This document shows positions 58,070-64,000 of a stretch of DNA of 64,000 nucleotides, in pieces (position 1 is the first letter of the stretch; every line of letters starts with the position of its first letter). A program made the translations under genes and the position numbers. The notes below the pieces were generated by a model. It saw only the letters and a program-made list of their open reading frames with translations. It had not been told where the DNA came from and searched no databases. Origin of the DNA: Candidatus Binatus sp. (GTDB taxonomy: Bacteria > Acidobacteriota > Terriglobia > Acidiferrales > UBA7541); contig DATNLR010000127.1 in assembly GCA_035602755.1 (NCBI GenBank), forward strand, positions 19,719-83,718. The letters are read 5' to 3'.

Positions 58070-58208
58070 GATCTCCTGTTGTGCCTGGGCCGCTAGCCGG
58101 AATGCTCTTCCGCCGAGCCGCCACTCATCTGCAACCATCCAAGCTTGCCGCGAATCCATATTCATCTAATCGTCAAAATACAATAAAATAGGCTTGGAAC
58201 GGGCATCC

Positions 58209-59096
58209 ATGTACATTCGCTGCATTCTCGTAATCGTTGCTGCGATGGGTATCAGTGGTGACACTGCTGATGTCAATCGCTACCGCACGCCCGTGCTCCC
58301 TGATGCGCCGGACATTGCTACGGCGCCCACCTCCGTTCGCTCCCTGGACTTATTTGGTTCTGGAATGTTTATTTCCGTGGGGCCGCAAGCCGCCAACAAA
58401 CAGGCTCCGCTCCAACCGCAATCTCGGTTGGAAATTATCCGCTACGTTTCCGGGGAGTTTGCCAAAACAGTGTCGCCGATTCCCGGAGGACGAAAGGGAT
58501 TCAGAATTCCTGTGGGCGAGAAATTGAACCAGGTGGAGTTAAGGAGGGCGCTACACCACGAGGGCGCCGCGGTGAACGCGGGCGAAACGGTACAAGTCAC
58601 TAGTGTGGAGTTCCGCACTAGGGAAATTGTCGTCCAAGTGAACGGCGGCGGAAAAAAGCATTTTAATGTTCGCGAACACCTTCAGGTCGGGATCGGAGGA
58701 TCACAAGCCCCGGGAACGGCGCCCAGCGGCCCACAAGAGAAACCGGGCGCTACGCTGATCCTGGATTACGGCGGCCCGGTTCCGGATCTGAGCGCCGATG
58801 ACGTGATGACCGCGTTGCAAGCGTTCTTGAGCTTTTCCAAAGAGCAATCGGCTGCGGTGAATTGGGTGGATACCTTGCCCGCTCAATTTAAGGACGCCAT
58901 CAAGGATCAGAAGGCCGTCGTGGGCATGGATCACGAAATGGTGCTGGCGGCGCTCGGACGTCCGGATCACAAAGTTCGCGAGCGCGATCCGGACGGTGCC
59001 GAGACGGAGGATTGGATTTACGGGAATCCGCCGGCCAGGACAGTCTTCGTCACTTTTAATGGCGATAAGGTAATCCGCGTGAAAGAATACGAGTGA
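58209..59096 (+). CDS. Hypothetical secreted protein with BamE/SmpA-like C-terminal segment
   Basis: Hydrophobic N-terminus MYIRCILVIVAAMGISG. The C-terminus VGMDHEMVLAALGRPDHKVRE...EDWIYG...VFVTFNGDKV resembles the SmpA/OmlA fold. No firm family. Confidence 0.5.
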   Translation: MYIRCILVIVAAMGISGDTADVNRYRTPVLPDAPDIATAPTSVRSLDLFGSGMFISVGPQAANKQAPLQPQSRLEIIRYVSGEFAKTVSPIPGGRKGFRIPVGEKLNQVELRRALHHEGAAVNAGETVQVTSVEFRTREIVVQVNGGGKKHFNVREHLQVGIGGSQAPGTAPSGPQEKPGATLILDYGGPVPDLSADDVMTALQAFLSFSKEQSAAVNWVDTLPAQFKDAIKDQKAVVGMDHEMVLAALGRPDHKVRERDPDGAETEDWIYGNPPARTVFVTFNGDKVIRVKEYE

Positions 59097-59203
59097 CCGC
59101 GTTGACTTTTATCCCTCGGCACCCTAGCATCACCAGTCGGTAAGTACCTCGAGGACGCTTCGAGTTCGTCGTCCGCATTTCATTGCACGTGCCGGGAGGC
59201 CTC

Positions 59204-60208
59204 ATGTCGATCAAGGTTGGAATTAACGGATTCGGGCGTATCGGACGCAACATTTTTCGCGCAGCGCTCGAAGATCCGTCTATTGAAATTGTAGCCGTCA
59301 ATGACATTACCGACTCGAAAACGCTGGCCCATTTGCTCAAGTACGATTCGATTCTGGGCAACCTGCCCAATCAAGTTTCGCACACGGAAGACTCCATCGC
59401 CGTTGACGGAAAAAGCTTTAAAGTTTTCCGCGTGAAGGATCCCGCTGAGCTCGATTGGACGTCCGTGGGGGCCTCCATCGTTGTCGAATCTACCGGGCTT
59501 TTTACCACAGGCGTCGATGCGCGCAAACACATTCGCGGGTCGGTGAAGAAGGTAATCATTTCCGCGCCCGCCACCGACCCCGATGCCACTTTCGTTCTCG
59601 GCGTGAACGATAAATCCTACGACCCTGCGAAGCACCACGTGGTTTCCAACGCCTCCTGCACCACAAATTGTCTGGCTCCGGTTGCAAAAGTAATTCACGA
59701 AACTTTCGGCATCAACGTCGGCACTATGACCACGGTGCATTCTTATACCAACGACCAAAAACTCCTCGATTTGCCGCATCCGGATCTTCGCCGATCTCGA
59801 GCGGCCGCTCTTTCCATGATTCCCACCTCCACGGGAGCGGCCAAGGCGCTGCACCTGGTAATTCCGGAGCTTAAGGGAAAATTAGATGGCTATTCGCTGC
59901 GCGTGCCCACGCCCAACGTCAGCGTAGTGGACTTGACCGTAATGACGGATAAGCCCGCGACGGTGGAGTCGGTGAATTCGGCGCTGAAGAACGCAGCCAA
60001 CGGTCCCATGAAAGGCATCCTCGCCTACACCGAGGAAGAACTAGTCTCCATCGATTTTCGCGGCAATCCTCATTCCTCGATCGTCGATTCTGGATACACG
60101 CGCGTGGTAGGTGGAAACTGTGTGAAAGTCTTAGCCTGGTACGACAACGAATGGGGCTACTCAAGCCGCTGCCGCGATCTGATCAAAATTCTAGCGGCCA
60201 AGCTGTAA
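59204..60208 (+). CDS. gap: Type I glyceraldehyde-3-phosphate dehydrogenase
   Basis: Blocks [12 protein letters not shown], active site [12 protein letters not shown], and [15 protein letters not shown] Shine-Dalgarno before the ATG at 59204. Confidence 0.95.
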   Translation: MSIKVGINGFGRIGRNIFRAALEDPSIEIVAVNDITDSKTLAHLLKYDSILGNLPNQVSHTEDSIAVDGKSFKVFRVKDPAELDWTSVGASIVVESTGLFTTGVDARKHIRGSVKKVIISAPATDPDATFVLGVNDKSYDPAKHHVVSNASCTTNCLAPVAKVIHETFGINVGTMTTVHSYTNDQKLLDLPHPDLRRSRAAALSMIPTSTGAAKALHLVIPELKGKLDGYSLRVPTPNVSVVDLTVMTDKPATVESVNSALKNAANGPMKGILAYTEEELVSIDFRGNPHSSIVDSGYTRVVGGNCVKVLAWYDNEWGYSSRCRDLIKILAAKL

Positions 60209-60245
60209 GCCATTCAGGAGAACGCTCGATCCTCGGTCCGCGAAC

Positions 60246-61460
60246 ATGAATAAGCTTTCCATTCGCGATCTGGAACTAGGCCGCAAGCGTGTGTTCCTAC
60301 GCGTGGATTTTAACGTCCCCATGGCCGGCGATAAGGTCGAAGACGACACACGCATTCGAGAAACGATTCCGACCTTGCGCTACGCCATTGATCGGGGCGC
60401 GAGGTTGGTCCTCGCTTCCCATTTGGGCCGTCCCAAAGGGAAAATAGACCCAAAATATACGCTCTCACCGGTAGCTAACCGCTTGCGCGAACTCCTCGGC
60501 AAGCCTGTCGCCTTCGCCTCCGATTGTGTGGGTGCGCAGGCCGAAACAAAAAGCAAGTCCTTGGGCGATGGGGATGTTCTGCTTCTTGAGAATGTGCGCT
60601 TCCATCCGCAAGAAGAGGCTAACGACCCGGAATTTTCTCGGCAACTCGCGCAATTGTGCGATGGGCTCTTTGTTTGCGATGCCTTCGGCTCCTCCCATCG
60701 CGCGCACGCTTCGGTAGTCGGCATAACCAAATTTGTTCGTCAGGCCGCCGCTGGTCTGCTGATGGAAAAGGAACTCACTTATCTCGGAAAAGCTATATCG
60801 AATCCCGATCGTCCATTCGTTGCCATTCTAGGGGGAGCAAAAGTTTCCGACAAAATTGAAGTGGTGCAAAATTTGATGAAGCTGGCAGACACTCTCCTGA
60901 TTGGCGGAGCCATGGCCTACACTTTCCTCAAATCGCAAGGGCTACCAATCGGGAAGTCGCTGGTCGAAAACGATAAGCTGGATCTTGCTCGCGGCCTGCT
61001 GGAGGACGCTCGGCGTCGCAATTTCCGTTTTTTGCTTCCCGTAGATCACGTGCTTGCGGAGTCGCCAAATTCGACGGAAACAAGCATCGTTGATATCGCG
61101 CAAACGCCGGAGAATAGGATGGGCCTCGACATCGGCCCTAAGACGATCGCCTTGTTCAGCGAGCAAATTAAGAGTGCTCGCACGATTGTATGGAACGGCC
61201 CGCTAGGAATTTTCGAGAAGCCCGCGTTCGCTCAGGGTACTTTAGCGATTGCCCGCGCGGTAGCGGCGGCTTCCTTGGCGGGCGCAACTTCGATTGTCGG
61301 TGGGGGCGATTCGGTAGCGGCAATTGAACAATCCGGCGTAGCCTCAAAAATCTCCCACATTTCAACCGGCGGCGGCGCTTCGCTCGAATTTCTAGCCGGA
61401 GAAAAGCTTCCGGGCGTTGAAGCGCTTACAAATAAATCCGGAAGCCAAAAGGATTTCTAA
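60246..61460 (+). CDS. pgk: Phosphoglycerate kinase
   Basis: Blocks [23 protein letters not shown]-like [24 protein letters not shown] and [10 protein letters not shown]. Confidence 0.95.
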   Translation: MNKLSIRDLELGRKRVFLRVDFNVPMAGDKVEDDTRIRETIPTLRYAIDRGARLVLASHLGRPKGKIDPKYTLSPVANRLRELLGKPVAFASDCVGAQAETKSKSLGDGDVLLLENVRFHPQEEANDPEFSRQLAQLCDGLFVCDAFGSSHRAHASVVGITKFVRQAAAGLLMEKELTYLGKAISNPDRPFVAILGGAKVSDKIEVVQNLMKLADTLLIGGAMAYTFLKSQGLPIGKSLVENDKLDLARGLLEDARRRNFRFLLPVDHVLAESPNSTETSIVDIAQTPENRMGLDIGPKTIALFSEQIKSARTIVWNGPLGIFEKPAFAQGTLAIARAVAAASLAGATSIVGGGDSVAAIEQSGVASKISHISTGGGASLEFLAGEKLPGVEALTNKSGSQKDF

Positions 61461-62213
61461 TTGTCTCGCCGCCCTGTAATCGCCGGGAATTGGAAGATGT
61501 ACAAGACTCGGGCAGACACCCGGCAATTTTTCGAAACATTTAAACCACTGGTGGCCGCCTCGCATCACTGCGACATCGTCATTGCGCCGCCTTTCACCGC
61601 GCTCTCCACTGCGGTCGAGGCTGCCGCTGGCACCGCCGTCGCTATAGCGGCGCAGAATGCTCACTGGGAACGCGAAGGCGCCTTCACCGGCGAAGTTTCC
61701 ATGCCCATGCTGGTGGAAACTGGCTGTCGTGGCGTCATCATCGGACATTCCGAGCGCCGCCAGTATTTCGGCGAGACGGACGAGTCTGTGAATCGCAAAC
61801 TCAAGGCCGCGCTTCAGGCTGGGCTTGCCCCTATTGTGTGTGTGGGAGAACTGGCCGCAGAACGCGACGCCAATCTGACTCAGGCTGTATTAAAGCGCCA
61901 ATTTGAAGGCGGTTTTGCCGCGTTGACCGATGTGGAGTTCTCGCGTATCCTTTTAGCTTACGAACCGGTATGGGCCATCGGCACGGGGCGAACAGCTACG
62001 CCGGAAATCGCGGCAAGCGCCCACGGTTTCCTACGCGAGTTAGCCAGGAAGCGATTTTCGCCGGAATCTGCCTCCGCACTTCGTATCCTCTACGGTGGTA
62101 GCGTCAAGCCCGACAATATAAAAGGGTTGATGGCGCAAGAGGAAATCGATGGTGCGCTGGTAGGCGGAGCGAGTCTGGACGCGAAGTCGTTCTCCGCAAT
62201 CGTGAATTTTTAG
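61461..62213 (+). CDS. tpiA: Triose-phosphate isomerase
   Basis: Blocks [26 protein letters not shown] and LYGGSV. The TTG start immediately follows the pgk TAA. Confidence 0.95.
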   Translation: MSRRPVIAGNWKMYKTRADTRQFFETFKPLVAASHHCDIVIAPPFTALSTAVEAAAGTAVAIAAQNAHWEREGAFTGEVSMPMLVETGCRGVIIGHSERRQYFGETDESVNRKLKAALQAGLAPIVCVGELAAERDANLTQAVLKRQFEGGFAALTDVEFSRILLAYEPVWAIGTGRTATPEIAASAHGFLRELARKRFSPESASALRILYGGSVKPDNIKGLMAQEEIDGALVGGASLDAKSFSAIVNF

Positions 62214-62260
62214 CGCCGACTGTCGGTGGGAATCGAGCGGCGGCAATAATGGAGTTCTGA

Positions 62261-62692
62261 ATGTCGTCTTGGACAAAGTGGGGATTATCCTTACTGGTGG
62301 CAATCGCCCTGATTTGGGTGGGTTGGCGAATGACGTTTATTTTAGTAACGCTGCACGTGGCCGTCTGTTTCGTGCTGGTAATCGTCATCATGTTGCAAAG
62401 TGGTTCGGCTGCTGATTTGGCCGGAGCTTTCGGCGGCGCCGGTAGCCAAACTGCCTTCGGTCCTCGCGGCGCGGCGACTTTTCTGTCTCGCGCCACCACC
62501 TGGTGCGCGATCGTATTCATGATGACCTCGCTCACCTTGTCGGTGAAGCGCGCTCCGTCGGAAGCGGCGGGCGTCCATTCAATTATGGAGGACACGCAGC
62601 ACCCAGCATCGAAGCCAGACAAGCCTGCTGTTCCTAGTGGCGGACAGATTCCGTTGGTTCCGCCGGCTCCGCCGACGGCACCGAAGAAGTAA
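62261..62692 (+). CDS. secG: Preprotein translocase subunit SecG with Pro-rich C-terminal extension
   Basis: Blocks VLVIVIMLQSGSAADLAGAFGGAGSQTAFGPRG and LSRATTWCAIVFMMTSL. The conserved tpiA-secG-tRNA-Leu synteny is present. The alternative start ATG 62330 would give a canonical SecG N-terminus. Confidence 0.85.
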   Translation: MSSWTKWGLSLLVAIALIWVGWRMTFILVTLHVAVCFVLVIVIMLQSGSAADLAGAFGGAGSQTAFGPRGAATFLSRATTWCAIVFMMTSLTLSVKRAPSEAAGVHSIMEDTQHPASKPDKPAVPSGGQIPLVPPAPPTAPKK

Positions 62693-62727
62693 CAGAGTGG
62701 TTTAGATTTTAGGAAGTAGCCCCCATT

Positions 62728-62814
62728 GCGGCTGTGGCGGAATTGGCAGACGCACCAGCTTGAGGGGCTGGCGGTCGCAAGACCGTGGTGGTTCGAATCC
62801 ACTCAGCCGCACCA
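62728..62814 (+). tRNA. tRNA-Leu (anticodon GAG), long variable arm, CCA encoded
   Basis: Manual fold. Acceptor GCGGCTG/CAGCCGC. Anticodon stem CCAGC/GCTGG with loop TTGAGGG. Variable arm CGGTCGCAAGACCGTG. T-arm GGTGG-TTCGAAT-CCACT. Discriminator A followed by CCA. Confidence 0.9.
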
Positions 62815-62916
62815 ACACTTAAACCCAAGCGTAGGCACCGCTTTGCGATTCCCCCACCTTAGCCGGATCTGGCTTGTCGGAAAAAATATCGCTGTTGGTA
62901 TGGAAGGATAATACTG

Positions 62917-63543
62917 CTATTCCCAGAAGTCGTCGCGGTCCAGAAGCTCCACTCCGATTTGCCTCCGTCCGTCACCGTCATATCGACAGTAAACTACGCG
63001 CGCTTGTGCCCGGCTGCCTTTGTCTCTTCGGCATAGAACCACTCTGCCGCCAGCTTCGACTGCGTGCCGGCAAACCAACCCGGCGCCATGTCGGCTGGTG
63101 GTTACGGTCCAGGTTTCTTCTTCCCATGTGCGCGCGGGATCTTCGCGCCGAAGCCAGACCGGTACGGAAGCAGTGAGCCGCGGACTGCGTCGGATCCGCT
63201 TGCTTAATTCCGATGCGCGAAGAAGAAACTCGAGTAGTTGGGTCTTCGTTTCTTCGTCAACATTTGGAGGACCGTCGGAAATTCGCCGCGCTTGTTCCAC
63301 GCTCGAATTCAAAAATTTCCGGAAGGACTCGATTTCAGAATCAGCGGGTTGGCTTTTCAATCGCTCATTACGTGCTTCCAGTTCTTGAAAGCAAGCGGCC
63401 AGGAAGTGTTCGGTGCAAAGGCGCTTGGCGTCGAAATCCGCGGCGGCCGGTTCTCCGCACGAGCCGGAACTGCAAACGGCGTCCTTCATTGTTTGTGGCA
63501 CGTTGTGTGATTCTATTTGATTTTCCACGGTACGCCCCAGCAA
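62917..63543 (-). CDS. PilZ-domain protein with Cys-containing N-terminal helical region
   Basis: The C-terminal ~100 aa contain RRSPR (RxxxR) and TTSRHG (xxSxxG), spaced as in PilZ c-di-GMP binding motifs. The N-terminus carries CSSGSC...C. Confidence 0.5.
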   Translation of the reverse strand: MLGRTVENQIESHNVPQTMKDAVCSSGSCGEPAAADFDAKRLCTEHFLAACFQELEARNERLKSQPADSEIESFRKFLNSSVEQARRISDGPPNVDEETKTQLLEFLLRASELSKRIRRSPRLTASVPVWLRREDPARTWEEETWTVTTSRHGAGLVCRHAVEAGGRVVLCRRDKGSRAQARVVYCRYDGDGRRQIGVELLDRDDFWE

Positions 63544-63558
63544 TCTAACAGATTCATC

Positions 63559-63987
63559 TTACTTCTCTTTCGGCGCTTTACCCATTCCCTTGGCAAGCTC
63601 TGAAATCGCGCCACCCACAAACTCCAGATGGCTGCGACTGTAGGTGGCCAATTCACTCGCAAAGTGCTGGGAAGTCTCAGCTGCTTTCTCTTTCAGCGAA
63701 CCGAGCGCCTGGTGCAAAATAGGCTGAAACGCCTCGCGGTAGTGGCGTTCCGCCTCAGCCGAGTACTTCTGGCCCGAAGCGCGAAGATTGTTCAGCGCGA
63801 GCTCGGTGGCCTGTTTGCTCTGAGCTTCTAATTCTTTTTTGGCAGCCTCGAGCTTTTCCCGAATTGCGGTCTCGAACTGTTTTTCAAAACGCGCGTAGAT
63901 TTCCTCGATTCGCGTCGCTGATTTTTCCAGCGATCGCTCGACTGCTTTTTCCAGCTCGCCCTTTTGCCTGGCCAGGTCGGATGTCAC
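63559..63987 (-). CDS. Coiled-coil hypothetical protein (apolipoprotein/phasin-like helical repeats)
   Basis: The 142-aa ORF is almost entirely amphipathic helix (KLEAAKKELEAQSKQATELALNNLRA...). The start lies 13 nt from the window edge, so the true 5' end is uncertain. Confidence 0.4.
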   Translation of the reverse strand: MTSDLARQKGELEKAVERSLEKSATRIEEIYARFEKQFETAIREKLEAAKKELEAQSKQATELALNNLRASGQKYSAEAERHYREAFQPILHQALGSLKEKAAETSQHFASELATYSRSHLEFVGGAISELAKGMGKAPKEK

Positions 63988-64000
63988 TTTCAGCGCGTTA

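Noticed and set aside
59180-59854. 224-aa minus-strand ORF opposite gap
   Set aside because: It is fully antisense to an unmistakable GAPDH gene.
62104-62802. 232-aa minus-strand ORF covering the tpiA end, secG and tRNA-Leu
   Set aside because: It overlaps two conserved genes and a tRNA, so it is an antisense artefact.
59204-62814. gap-pgk-tpiA-secG-tRNA-Leu block as a potential finding
   Set aside because: This is a widely conserved housekeeping synteny. Apart from the TTG start of tpiA abutting the pgk stop and the SecG extensions, nothing is unusual.

Overview
The window looks like a high-GC chromosomal segment from an Acidobacteriota-like (Terriglobia-type) soil bacterium. This taxonomic guess rests on gene content only: a carboxypeptidase-regulatory-domain TonB receptor, FG-GAP and Ig-like giant secreted proteins, and a GldAFG/DUF4340 ABC system. 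About 55 genes are supported, packed densely on both strands. Housekeeping anchors are pntAA-pntAB-pntB, msrB, tdk, nagZ, gap-pgk-tpiA-secG-tRNA-Leu(GAG) and tRNA-Gly(GCC). Accessory content includes a frameshifted beta-helix glycosidase/FG-GAP gene and a 1415-aa astacin-like protease with six tandem ~105-aa repeats. It also includes a translationally coupled DUF2339/DUF3999 pair, an outer-membrane barrel + cupredoxin + OmpR/histidine-kinase module, and a CHASE2 adenylate/guanylate cyclase with a FecR partner. A complete eukaryote-like kynurenine/3-hydroxyanthranilate tryptophan catabolic operon is present and contains an unusual ACMSD-TDO fusion. The most interesting locus is 46.7-49.4 kb. 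It starts with a small ORF encoding a Sec-signal-bearing, Lys/Gly-rich peptide with six Cys and an internal duplication. A stem-loop follows, then translationally coupled DUF692 (MNIO oxidase), DUF2063 and DoxX genes. This is the architecture of a bufferin-type (6-Cys class) periplasmic RiPP metallophore cluster. No CRISPR array, IS element, integrase or rRNA was seen. All calls come from reading the translated ORFs and DNA by eye; no searches were run.
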